Assembly (NCBI GenBank): GCA_963665095.1
Contig: OY762069.1
Span: 1,952,001 to 2,016,000, forward strand
Length of the DNA: 64,000 nt
Origin: an uncultured Desulfobacter sp.
GTDB taxonomy: Bacteria; Desulfobacterota; Desulfobacteria; Desulfobacterales; Desulfobacteraceae
Direction of reading: 5' to 3'
The notes under the pieces were generated by a model, which saw nothing but the letters and a program-made list of their open reading frames with translations, ran no database searches and was not told the DNA's origin. The position numbers and the translations under genes were made by a program. Shown piece by piece: positions 1 to 9,512 of the stretch (position 1 is the stretch's first letter; each line of letters starts with the position of its first letter).

Positions 1-669
1 CAGTTCATCCCCGGCTCCGGACTGCCAGGCCCCGGTGCCTGCGATGACGATGGGGTTGTTCGCCGCTGCGATCATATCCATGAGCTCTGCGGCCTTACCG
101 GGATCTGCCGGTGCCGAAACAACCGTGGTGCTGGGCTTGCGCACAGCCGACATATCCACAGGGGTGTTAAGCACATCAATGGGGAACTCAAGATATACCG
201 GACCGGGCCGGCCGCTCTGGGCTGCCCTGAATGCCATGTCCACATACTCGTGTACCCGTTCCGCCTTCTGGCAGATCAGGGCTTTTTTGACCATGGGCCG
301 GATCACGTCAATCTGGGGCATATCCTGGAGATCGAGGCGCTCTTTGTTATCAAGCCCCACGCATCCTGCAATGAGTACCAGAGGTGTGTTGGAAAAATGA
401 GCCGAAGCAACCCCGGTAAGGGCATTGGTGAATCCCGGACCGGCAGTCACCATGGCAACACCGGCCCGGCGGGTCATCTTTCCGTAGGCCTCGGCCATGA
501 ACAGGGCTGACTGCTCGTGGCGGGTATCGTATATTTTTACATCAGATCCTTCAAGGTGCTGGTAAATGGGGGTGATATGCCCGCCACTCAAAGAAAAAAT
601 ATAGTCGATCTTTCTGTCAATCAGTGCCTGGGCTGCCAGTTGCGCCCCTGTAATGGTTGTGCCTTCCAT
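1..669 (-). CDS. Thiamine-diphosphate-dependent enzyme (acetolactate synthase/ILVBL-like), 3' end runs off window
   Basis: Not in ORF track. Manual translation MEGTTITGAQLAAQAL...FSLSGGHITPIY...DTRHEQSALFMAEAY...VTAGPGFTN; AAGGAG RBS upstream. Confidence 0.85.
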   Translation of the reverse strand, partial: MEGTTITGAQLAAQALIDRKIDYIFSLSGGHITPIYQHLEGSDVKIYDTRHEQSALFMAEAYGKMTRRAGVAMVTAGPGFTNALTGVASAHFSNTPLVLIAGCVGLDNKERLDLQDMPQIDVIRPMVKKALICQKAERVHEYVDMAFRAAQSGRPGPVYLEFPIDVLNTPVDMSAVRKPSTTVVSAPADPGKAAELMDMIAAANNPIVIAGTGAWQSGAGDEL

Positions 670-692
670 GTCTGCTCCTTTTTTTATATAAA

Positions 693-1526
693 TTATAATT
701 CCATCAGCTGTCCGCCGCAGATATTAAGTGCCTGACCCGTGACGTAGGAGGATGCGTCAGTGGCCAGAAAGGCAACCATGTCTGCCACTTCTTTCGGGCT
801 GCCAATACGCTGCAACGGAATAGTTTCACACATTTTTCTTTCCTGCTCTTCCACGGTGGTATTTAAAAACTGGGCTTCAAGGCCGAAGCGCCAGCGTTCA
901 AGATCCGTCATGATCTGACCGGGACAGATTGCATTCACCCGGATTTTAAACCCGGACAACTCTTTCGCCATGACTTTGGTCAGCATGATCACACCGGCTT
1001 TGGACACGGCATAGGCGCCGTTGAACAAAGGCGGTACCTTGCCGGCCCGGGAGGCGGTATTCACAATGGCCCCGCCATTGGCCTGCATCAGGGGTATTAT
1101 GGCCTTGGAAACCCGGAAAACACTATGCAGATTCACATCCACAGTCTTTATCCAGGCATCTTCAGGATAGGTCTGAATGCCGTTGGGCACGCCGAAAGTG
1201 GCACCGGCATTGTTGCAAAGAATATCCACCTGGCCGAACGCCTCTTTGACCTTGTCCGCCATGGCCGTCACCTTGGCGGTGTCTGTAACATCCAGATTGA
1301 CTGCCAAAGTGCGCACCTTGTATTCAGATGCAAGATATTCAGCGATTTCCTCCATCTCCTGAGAGGTGCCGGTTCCCACGTCTGAGCCGGAATCAGGCGC
1401 AGACCCGAGATCTGCAATCACCACATTGGCTCCCAGTGATGCCAGTTTTTCGGCAATGGCATACCCGATGCCGGTTTTTTTTCCGGAACCTGTTACAACT
1501 GCTGTTTTTTTATCCAACTCGCCCAT
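693..1526 (-). CDS. SDR family oxidoreductase
   Basis: TGSGKKTGIG, NNAG, YAVSK catalytic motif, NAICPG. Confidence 0.9.
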   Translation of the reverse strand: MGELDKKTAVVTGSGKKTGIGYAIAEKLASLGANVVIADLGSAPDSGSDVGTGTSQEMEEIAEYLASEYKVRTLAVNLDVTDTAKVTAMADKVKEAFGQVDILCNNAGATFGVPNGIQTYPEDAWIKTVDVNLHSVFRVSKAIIPLMQANGGAIVNTASRAGKVPPLFNGAYAVSKAGVIMLTKVMAKELSGFKIRVNAICPGQIMTDLERWRFGLEAQFLNTTVEEQERKMCETIPLQRIGSPKEVADMVAFLATDASSYVTGQALNICGGQLMEL

Positions 1527-1607
1527 GTTTCTTCCTTTCCCCGTCTAAGCGGTCTTTTTGGCCTGATGCCTTCGAGAAACAACCTGGTCAGGCCGTTAAA
1601 CCATATA

Positions 1608-2231
1608 TTATTGAGGTTTAAGCTGATTTATCAATTGCTCTACGCTGTAATCGTAAATACTTTTATGATCCTCATGATTTAAGATGGTCTGCTCAAATTT
1701 TTTAAACTGGGTCAGTCCGTGAAGGGTGCCCCAGAACATAACAGAGAACCTGTCCGGTTGTTCAATGTTTATAACTGCCTGCTCAATGCCTGTATGAAGA
1801 GTTTCCCTGATAATTTCCAGAATCCTGCTACCGGCAGTATCAACCTCCTGCTTTTGATCAGGAGTAAAAAATATCTTTGGAGAAGAGAGAAAATAATTAA
1901 TAATACTATAATATTCAGGCTGACTCTGGGAAAAGGCATAATAAGCATCGGCAATCTGCCGAAGTTTATCATCGCAGGGAATTTCCTGTTCCGCAACCTG
2001 CCTGATAATACCGAACAGCACAGACAGCCCTTCCTGCTGAAGGGCAATAAAAATTTCTTCTTTGTTTTTGTAATGAAAATAGATGGTGCCGACACCAAGT
2101 TCAGCCTCTTTGGCGATACCGGCAATGGAGATATTCTCTATGCCATTTAAAAAAAGCAGCTTGCGCGCGGCATCAAGAATCTGGCTGCGTCGCATCTGTT
2201 TTTCCAGCTCCCGGCGTTCCTGAACCCCCAT
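1608..2231 (-). CDS. TetR/AcrR family regulator
   Basis: N-terminal HTH IAKEAELGVGTIYFHYKNKEE; start set at MGVQERR after GAGGTG. Confidence 0.9.
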   Translation of the reverse strand: MGVQERRELEKQMRRSQILDAARKLLFLNGIENISIAGIAKEAELGVGTIYFHYKNKEEIFIALQQEGLSVLFGIIRQVAEQEIPCDDKLRQIADAYYAFSQSQPEYYSIINYFLSSPKIFFTPDQKQEVDTAGSRILEIIRETLHTGIEQAVINIEQPDRFSVMFWGTLHGLTQFKKFEQTILNHEDHKSIYDYSVEQLINQLKPQ

Positions 2232-2429
2232 ACTCACCTCAATCATAGAAGATTGTTTTGTTATAGAATGTCATTCGACTAATGAATAGCACTCGCTGAA
2301 CTTACGTGTCAAGAAATTTTTTTTTATTACAAAATGGTGGTTTAAACCGATAGGGATTTACAGGGGAAAGGCAGAAGGAAAACGCGCTATTTGCTGGGAT
2401 CTGCGAATTTTTACGGACTATTGAAAATA

Positions 2430-2470
2430 AACGGCAGGTTCCGGATCCAAGGCCCAAAACCTGCCGTTTA
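2430..2470 (-). terminator. Intrinsic terminator downstream of ugd
   Basis: AAACGGCAGGTT...AACCTGCCGTTT inverted repeat; T-rich tail on minus strand. Confidence 0.6.
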
Positions 2471-2494
2471 AACTTTATTTACAACGGGAATCTG

Positions 2495-3829
2495 TTATCC
2501 GATTTCCCGTCCAATGCCGTGATACTCAAATCCGGCTTCCCGGATCTCCTCGGGATCGTACTGGTTTCTGCCGTCAAAGATAACCCGGTCATTCATAATA
2601 GTGGCCATTTTTTTAAAATCCGGCTGCCGGAAAGCTTTCCATTCGGTAACCAGAATGCAGGCATCTGCATTCTCAAGGGCGGCATACTGGTCTTTTGCAA
2701 AAATAATATTCTTTTGTTCATCAGTCGGAATCTCTTTTTTTGCCTGATCCATAGCCACCGGGTCATACACGCAGACCTTTGCACCGGCTTCAACCAGGGT
2801 TTTTATCAGCACCAGGGATGAGGCTTCCCGCATATCATCTGTACCGGGTTTAAAGGCCAGCCCCCATACACAGAATGTTCTTGCTGACAAATCTTTGCCG
2901 AACCGCTGAAGGACTTTGTTGCCAAGCACCTGTTTCTGCATGTTGTTCCGAAGCTCCACGGCCTCAAGAAGGTGTGCAGAGAAATCAGCATCCTTACTGG
3001 TTTTGACCAGAGCCTTAACATCCTTGGGAAAACAGGAACCGCCATAGCCACAGCCTGGATAAATAAATGAATACCCGATGCGCGAATCAGACCCGATGCC
3101 CTTTCGTACATTTTCCACATCCACGCCCAGCCGTTCGCACAGATTGGATATTTCATTCATGAATGAAATCTTTGTGGCCAGCATGGAGTTGGCGGCATAT
3201 TTTGTCATTTCAGCATCTTTGACTTTCATGAACAAAATTTTGTCATGGTTTCTCGAAAACGGTGCGTACAGCCTGCGCATGATTTTAATGGCCCGGTCCG
3301 ATTCTGCCCCCACAATAATCCGGTCAGGTTTGAGAAAATCATGAACGGCTGCCCCCTCTTTGAGAAATTCAGGATTGGAAACCACGTCAAATTCAATATC
3401 CCTGCCCCTGGCCTCAAGTTCTTCCCGGATCGCAGCCCTGACCTTGTCCGCCGTACCCACCGGCACCGTGGACTTATCCACGATCACGGCATACTCTTCA
3501 ATCACGGTGCCAATCTGACGGGCCACCTGCAGCACATATTGAAGATCGGCAGAGCCGTCTTCCCCGGGCGGGGTACCCACGGCAATAAAAAAAACATGGC
3601 ACGCCTTTGCTGCGTCAGAAAGGGATGTTGTAAAATTTAACGTACCTTCCTTATGGTTTTCCAGCACAATGGACTCAAGCCCGGGTTCATAAATGGGCAG
3701 AATCCCATTTTTCAGATTATCAATTTTATCCTGGTCAATGTCCACGCAGGTGACATGACTTCCCATTTCGGAAAAACATGCCCCGGTGACAAGCCCCACA
3801 TAGCCGGTTCCAATAATAGTTAGTTTCAT
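2495..3829 (-). CDS. ugd: UDP-glucose 6-dehydrogenase
   Basis: GTGYVG, KSTVPVGT, NPEFLKEG, GYGGSCFPKD, AFKPGTDDMRE. Confidence 0.95.
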   Translation of the reverse strand: MKLTIIGTGYVGLVTGACFSEMGSHVTCVDIDQDKIDNLKNGILPIYEPGLESIVLENHKEGTLNFTTSLSDAAKACHVFFIAVGTPPGEDGSADLQYVLQVARQIGTVIEEYAVIVDKSTVPVGTADKVRAAIREELEARGRDIEFDVVSNPEFLKEGAAVHDFLKPDRIIVGAESDRAIKIMRRLYAPFSRNHDKILFMKVKDAEMTKYAANSMLATKISFMNEISNLCERLGVDVENVRKGIGSDSRIGYSFIYPGCGYGGSCFPKDVKALVKTSKDADFSAHLLEAVELRNNMQKQVLGNKVLQRFGKDLSARTFCVWGLAFKPGTDDMREASSLVLIKTLVEAGAKVCVYDPVAMDQAKKEIPTDEQKNIIFAKDQYAALENADACILVTEWKAFRQPDFKKMATIMNDRVIFDGRNQYDPEEIREAGFEYHGIGREIG

Positions 3830-3976
3830 TGAGCAGCAATGCCTCTCATAAATATGCCGGCATCAGACAGGAAATTCCGGCAAAGAGTTTTATCACACAA
3901 AGATTCGTGAACTTGAGTATGATAGAAAAACAATTTAGAGATGTCAATTATACCAATAATTGTTATTCCAATGCGC

Positions 3977-6757
3977 TTACTTCAATATAAGCCCTGCCGG
4001 CAGGCGTTCACCAAACTGCAGGCTTTTTTCCCTCATTCCCATCTCAGTTTTTTCTTTTATCCCAGCAAGTTTTTCAGGATCACTTCCCTGGGAAATCATC
4101 CATTGGAAGATCTTTTCAAGGGCCTCATCAGATAAATCCCTGGTCCGGTCACCTGTTTTTCTTGCCAGGGAGACAATCATTTCATGAACAGGTTCGTTTT
4201 TATGCCATTGCATTTTCATTATCTTCTGGATCCACCTGACGACCTCAGCGGCCGGAAGGACCCGGTCAGCAGAGCCGTAAAGCAGTTCCCGGGCACCAAA
4301 ACGAGATAAAGTCCACAAATGGCGATCCATCTTCTTACCCGGTTTAATCATTTTTATCAACGCCTTGGCCAGGACAATCTTATCTTTTACCAGCAGACGC
4401 TCCATATTGCCGGAAGCCATCCATAATTCGGTTTGCTCCTGGGGCGTCATTTTATTTTTTTCCGGTTTGATGAGCAATGAAGCTGTATCCTGATAAAACT
4501 GACGTTGCTGCCCTGCATTCAGGCCTGCAGCCATACGGCGGATAAAAATCCACCACTCCAGCCTGTTCTGCGGAATTTTATCGTGGGTCAGCCCGGTCAG
4601 ATAAATTTTCCACAACTGCCTGATCCGTTCCTGATCAAAGGCATCACCAAAACCAGGACGCATGCAAAATCCTGTCAGATTCAACCATCGGGCTTCACAG
4701 GCAGCAGAAGCAGTACGGGTCTGCGCGATTTTAATCAGCTTATCAGCCAGAGCACGCAAAAAAGACAAAGGCCAGTTGGCTTTTTTCTGGGCAACCACAT
4801 CTTCCAGAGATCTGACAATCGTTCTCAACTGTTCCTCATCGCCCCCAAATGCCTGGTCTAACAGGTTGAGGGCATCCTGGATCATCGCATCATCATACAC
4901 TTCACTATCAGGGGCGGCCACTGCTGCATTACCGGCCTGTCTCAACTGAAACTGCAACTTCCATTCATGGTCACTGACCTTGGACCGGCAGAACATCAAC
5001 AGGCTTCCCATTTCCGTATATTCAGCCCCGACAGTAATGGGGAGCTGTTTTTTCTCGCCCTTTTTTCCAAATTTCACAATGGTCTGAATGGGTGCCATGG
5101 ATGACAGGGTGTCATCCACCGAAATAACATCTCCGGCACTGTCTCCGGATCTGAAAGAGGAAGAGTACACATCAAACGAGACCGGCTGGTTTGCCAGAAC
5201 ATCAAAAGAGAGGTCCTGTAAATCAATTTTTGACCCCTCATCAAGTCCTCTTTCCACCAGGCAAACGGCCTTCTTTTTCTCTGAATCGACAACGGATATG
5301 CCAAGATAATAATTTCTTGGACTTCCGCTGCCCACCCTGACCCCGATACCCTGCTTGACCAGGCCATAGTAGGAGGCACCAACACCGACAGCAAGTTCAG
5401 GGCGATCATTTTCAAGAATGACCGGTTTCTGAGAATTGGACACCTTAAACCATCTGCGAATGGCCTCCTTTATCCTGGACTGCACAAGCGTTGGTTTAAG
5501 GGTGCCTCCATTAAAAAGGATAAAATCCGGCATGGGGGAATCTTTTCCCAAAACCTTTTTCACTGTGTCTTTATGATTTTCCAGGAAACAAACAATATGT
5601 TTTGTGACACTGGATTCCTTTTCAAAAGGAAGCCCGAAATCAGCAATTTGTTTCCCTGTATCCTCTTCCGTGAATTCCGAAGTGACGACATCCGCAAAAA
5701 ATTTACCCCGCAAAACACTTTCCACATCGGCCCGGGTCAGGTCTGCAGCCAGGGTGCCTGCTATCAGTGCCCGGCCCTCCCCTTTTAGGGTAATTCTTAC
5801 GGAACGCTCACCTTTGTCAAGGATCCGTTCTTTGGCATCCCGGCATCTGTGGCAAAGTGTTTTCCATTTATCCGGGGTCAATGATGTTTTGGATTGGAAC
5901 TTACCCTCCACAATTCTGGCCAGGGCCAGATCAATATTGTCCCCGCCCAGTATCAGGTGATCTCCCACGGCAACCCTTTCAAACCGTGGAGATCCGTCTG
6001 TTTTCTTCAGGGTGATCAGACTGAAGTCTGTGGTGCCCCCGCCCACATCACAAACAAGGATCAACTCCTGCTCTCCCACCCGGGTCTGCCAGTCTGATTC
6101 ATGGCGGATCAACCAGCTGTAGAAGGCAGCTAACGGCTCTTCAAGGAGTGTCACCGATGACCCGAAACCTGCCATCCGGACCGCCTCCATTGTCAGGTCC
6201 CGGGCTTCCTCATTAAAGGAAGCAGGCACAGTGATGACCACAAACTGATTTTCAAGGAATTGGTCTTCATCCTTAACAAAATGATTCCAGGCACTTCGAA
6301 TATGCCCAAGATATTCGGAGGTCGCCGTAACAGGAGAGACCTTGTCAAAGCCTTCGGATCCCCAGGGCAATATTTTTGCTTCTCTGTCAACCCCTGGGTT
6401 GCACAGCCAGCTTTTAGCGGAAGAAACAAGGCGGGAAGGTATTTTTGACCCATGATCCCTTGCAAAGGTTCCGGCAAACAGGTCTTCCCTTTTTTTCCAG
6501 GGATGCCTGAGCACCTCTTTGGAGATATCGTATTCGCCCGGAATATATAAAAAAGACGGCAGGACCGGTATTTTTGTAAACTCCCCAAGTCCTGTTAGCT
6601 GGGGCACATTGAACACTTTTATAACGGTGTCTTTATCAGGAGTATGCCGGGTTTCCGCCATTGTCTTTTTCAACGCTGCCACATCTACATATGAAACCGC
6701 TGAATTGGTCGTACCCAGATCAATGCCAATGACATACTGCTTTTCCTGAAAATCCAA
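3977..6757 (-). CDS. Atypical Hsp70-family protein with long C-terminal extension (DUF3731-like)
   Basis: GIDLGTTNS, ITVPASF, CDVGGGTTD, LGGDNID; C-terminal WLNLTGFCMRPGFG; TTG start. Confidence 0.85.
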   Translation of the reverse strand: MDFQEKQYVIGIDLGTTNSAVSYVDVAALKKTMAETRHTPDKDTVIKVFNVPQLTGLGEFTKIPVLPSFLYIPGEYDISKEVLRHPWKKREDLFAGTFARDHGSKIPSRLVSSAKSWLCNPGVDREAKILPWGSEGFDKVSPVTATSEYLGHIRSAWNHFVKDEDQFLENQFVVITVPASFNEEARDLTMEAVRMAGFGSSVTLLEEPLAAFYSWLIRHESDWQTRVGEQELILVCDVGGGTTDFSLITLKKTDGSPRFERVAVGDHLILGGDNIDLALARIVEGKFQSKTSLTPDKWKTLCHRCRDAKERILDKGERSVRITLKGEGRALIAGTLAADLTRADVESVLRGKFFADVVTSEFTEEDTGKQIADFGLPFEKESSVTKHIVCFLENHKDTVKKVLGKDSPMPDFILFNGGTLKPTLVQSRIKEAIRRWFKVSNSQKPVILENDRPELAVGVGASYYGLVKQGIGVRVGSGSPRNYYLGISVVDSEKKKAVCLVERGLDEGSKIDLQDLSFDVLANQPVSFDVYSSSFRSGDSAGDVISVDDTLSSMAPIQTIVKFGKKGEKKQLPITVGAEYTEMGSLLMFCRSKVSDHEWKLQFQLRQAGNAAVAAPDSEVYDDAMIQDALNLLDQAFGGDEEQLRTIVRSLEDVVAQKKANWPLSFLRALADKLIKIAQTRTASAACEARWLNLTGFCMRPGFGDAFDQERIRQLWKIYLTGLTHDKIPQNRLEWWIFIRRMAAGLNAGQQRQFYQDTASLLIKPEKNKMTPQEQTELWMASGNMERLLVKDKIVLAKALIKMIKPGKKMDRHLWTLSRFGARELLYGSADRVLPAAEVVRWIQKIMKMQWHKNEPVHEMIVSLARKTGDRTRDLSDEALEKIFQWMISQGSDPEKLAGIKEKTEMGMREKSLQFGERLPAGLILK

Positions 6758-6814
6758 AATTTCCCCCTGTTATACTTCTGCAGCGTTCAGTCCGTAATAG
6801 TAACCCAATCCTGC

Positions 6815-7567
6815 TTACTGAATTTCAATCTCAGCCGGGGTCATTATCCCGGGGTCCTGTACATCTGCTAACTTTGGGACATCTCTCTTTCCGGCCCGCC
6901 AACCAGGATGCCTGATGATTCCCTTAAAGGGCGGGTGTCCGGAAACATTGCCCACCAAATTTATAGCTTCCATATCAAACCCTTCCTCAACGGTAATAGG
7001 CTCACCTTCGTCCCCTTTAACCACAGGTTGGAGGTCGATATATTTTTTGACGGCTTTTTTACAGTCGGCCTGAATGCTTCTGACGGCAGCACCGATCTGG
7101 CCGTCATCATAATTGTTTAAATCTTCATCAAAAAAATCAAGCAGGCGGCCTTCGCGCTGCAAAATGGACAATGTATGAAGAAATAATCTTTGTCTTCGCT
7201 CCTGTTCTATCTTCTGATCAATAAAATCTTTTTTCTTTGTTCCTGCTGTTTCAGGCTGCCCTTTGGACGGCACGTCTTTTGTATCAATGCCGGCGGTTAA
7301 AACTGAAATACATGCCCAGATAATAAAACCTGATATCAAAAAAAAGCAAAAAATACCTGGAATGCCTAATTGGTAAAACTGACTGCCTTGTAAAAAAGAT
7401 AAAATAACAGGCACATTATCACTTAAAAGAGCCCTGCCCTGATCGGCGGGAGATTGCTTAGCCAGCTGTTGCCCTGTAAAGTAGATAGCGAATGCGGTAA
7501 GTCCGGCAGCCATTGTCATCACAGTCATGACAATCCAAAATGTTTTTCTTCGATATTGTTTATACAT
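6815..7567 (-). CDS. DUF2760-like protein with two N-terminal hydrophobic segments
   Basis: LQREGRLLDF, QIGAAVR, GPPFKG-like/HPGW motifs; adjacent to atypical Hsp70. Confidence 0.75.
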   Translation of the reverse strand: MYKQYRRKTFWIVMTVMTMAAGLTAFAIYFTGQQLAKQSPADQGRALLSDNVPVILSFLQGSQFYQLGIPGIFCFFLISGFIIWACISVLTAGIDTKDVPSKGQPETAGTKKKDFIDQKIEQERRQRLFLHTLSILQREGRLLDFFDEDLNNYDDGQIGAAVRSIQADCKKAVKKYIDLQPVVKGDEGEPITVEEGFDMEAINLVGNVSGHPPFKGIIRHPGWRAGKRDVPKLADVQDPGIMTPAEIEIQ

Positions 7568-7603
7568 GTTCTTAATTCCGCCTTATTGAAAATTCTTTTT
7601 CCC

Positions 7604-7645
7604 AGAAACAAAAGACTACCATGCCGACAAATCAGCATGGTAGTC
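7604..7645 (-). terminator. Intrinsic terminator of comEA
   Basis: GACTACCATGC/GCATGGTAGTC 11-bp stem followed by a T-rich tail on minus strand. Confidence 0.7.
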
Positions 7646-7729
7646 AATAATAATACAAAATAAAAAAGCTGCAAGTAAAGGAGACTGCAGAATCAGGAAT
7701 TAATCCAGTTTCAACCGTTTTTGATTATC

Positions 7730-8011
7730 TTACTCATCCTTGACGCAAATTATATCCTTATTTGCTTCAAACACTTTGGGTCCGATACCCTTTACGTTCA
7801 TTAGATCTTCAATGATCTGAAACGGATTTTTTTCACGATATTCAATAATCCGTTGAGCAAGTGCGTCGCCCACATATTTCAAAGTGACCAGTTGTGCTTT
7901 TGGCGCGGTATTGATGTTTACCTTGTCTACTTTTGCTACTGCCGGCATCGTATAAAATGCCATTATCAGGCAAACTGCAATAAAAGCAATCCTCTTGGTT
8001 CTTGTTTTCAT
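7730..8011 (-). CDS. comEA: ComEA family helix-hairpin-helix DNA-binding protein
   Basis: Signal peptide, VNINTA, IIEYRE, VKGIG. Confidence 0.85.
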   Translation of the reverse strand: MKTRTKRIAFIAVCLIMAFYTMPAVAKVDKVNINTAPKAQLVTLKYVGDALAQRIIEYREKNPFQIIEDLMNVKGIGPKVFEANKDIICVKDE

Positions 8012-8328
8012 GTAACCTCCTGTTTTTGATTTGAGAAATTATATTGAAACAATCCTGACCACTGCATCAGGAAAAAACGTTAACAATCAATCTGAGCTGC
8101 ATAGGAGATTGCGCAGGCAAACGAAAACAAATTCAATTTCTCTTGGACAAATTCTGAACAGATTTATAATTTGAATATTATTTACCTAACCCCAAACATA
8201 CTAAAAAATCAATAAGTTTTTGTATCTTCATTAAAAGACATTGCTTTTCCATACATGATATATAATAAAAAGCATAAAATTAAATACGCTTTAGATATTG
8301 GCAGCCTGAGCATTGCCGGGGAAAAACT

Positions 8329-9141
8329 TTGAAGACAAAACGATTTTTAATTTGCTGTGTAAACTATAACAGTGCCATGGAAACAGATCAATTCCTGAAG
8401 CATATTGACCAATTACGGGAAAGTGGAAGCAACATATTTGTATCAATTGCCGACAACAGTGATAACTTGAATATTTGTGTTCCGGACTGGTGCTGTATTG
8501 AACGGGGACATGGCAATGTCGGGTATATGTCGGGGTGTAATTTTGCATACCATGCCGGGGTGAAACAGTTTGGCAGTTTTGACTGGGTGGCGATGTCTAA
8601 CACGGATATTAAATTTTCCACAGATTTTTTCCGGGCTGATTGCTGGTTTAATGGTTCACTTAATAAATCAATACTTGCACCCCAAGTGACCAACACAAAG
8701 GGATACCAACAAAACCCGTTTAAAATCAAACCATTATCTTACAACCGAATCAGAATGAACTGGGTTATCTTTTCTAATTATTTTCTGGCAGCGGTGTATT
8801 CTATGATTTTTCGATTTAAAGCTGCGCTTGCATATAAAAAACAGATAAATGCTTTGGAGGAAAAGGTAATTGAAATATATGCCCCCCATGGTTCAATTAT
8901 ATTTTTCCCTTCATTTTTTCTGGGAATCACCCATGGGCTTAAATATATATCTTTTATGTATGGCGAAGAGCTTTATGTTGCAGAAATAGCACGTAAACAC
9001 AACATCAAAATATTGTATGTGCCTGAATTAAAGGTACAACATAATGAAAATTCTTCTACCGGGAAGATGGATTTCAAAAGAGTCTGCCGGTGGAGAGCAG
9101 ATAGTTATGCAGCCTTGCTTGAATATATGAATCGACAGTGA
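8329..9141 (+). CDS. Glycosyltransferase family 2
   Basis: VNYN, DNS, NVGY..GCN, NTD, FMYGEE motifs; AT-rich. Confidence 0.8.
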   Translation: MKTKRFLICCVNYNSAMETDQFLKHIDQLRESGSNIFVSIADNSDNLNICVPDWCCIERGHGNVGYMSGCNFAYHAGVKQFGSFDWVAMSNTDIKFSTDFFRADCWFNGSLNKSILAPQVTNTKGYQQNPFKIKPLSYNRIRMNWVIFSNYFLAAVYSMIFRFKAALAYKKQINALEEKVIEIYAPHGSIIFFPSFFLGITHGLKYISFMYGEELYVAEIARKHNIKILYVPELKVQHNENSSTGKMDFKRVCRWRADSYAALLEYMNRQ

Positions 9142-9512
9142 CAGGGATGCATAGTCTACATCTATAAATCAGAAGCGTTTTATCAATAGTCCCGCCGATA
9201 AAAACGCCAAGGCAGTAGCACTTAAATGTGCTGTTAATAAATTTCGAGCCGGTTGATTTAGAGAGCGGGATTATTGATAAAACGTTGTTGAACAATGCTG
9301 CGGCTCAGTGACCGGCATACAACTTTCTGATATGGGGTTTATATCGTGTGCCCTTTTATGGTGCAACGATAATTTGGCAGGATTTTTAGAAATATTTTTT
9401 AAAAAAGTGGGTTGCATCGATAACCTGTTCCCTGACTTTTTGATTTTCTTGGGCGAGCCGCCTGATAACACCGTTTTTGGACGTACCTATCCGGTATGAC
9501 TGTTTGTGTCAT

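Noticed and set aside
35..735. Plus-strand ORFs 35-400, 250-510, 517-735
   Set aside because: Antisense shadows of the ThDP enzyme gene.
9150..9512. Short ORFs on both strands
   Set aside because: No recognisable motif in the frames checked; probably decayed foreign DNA.
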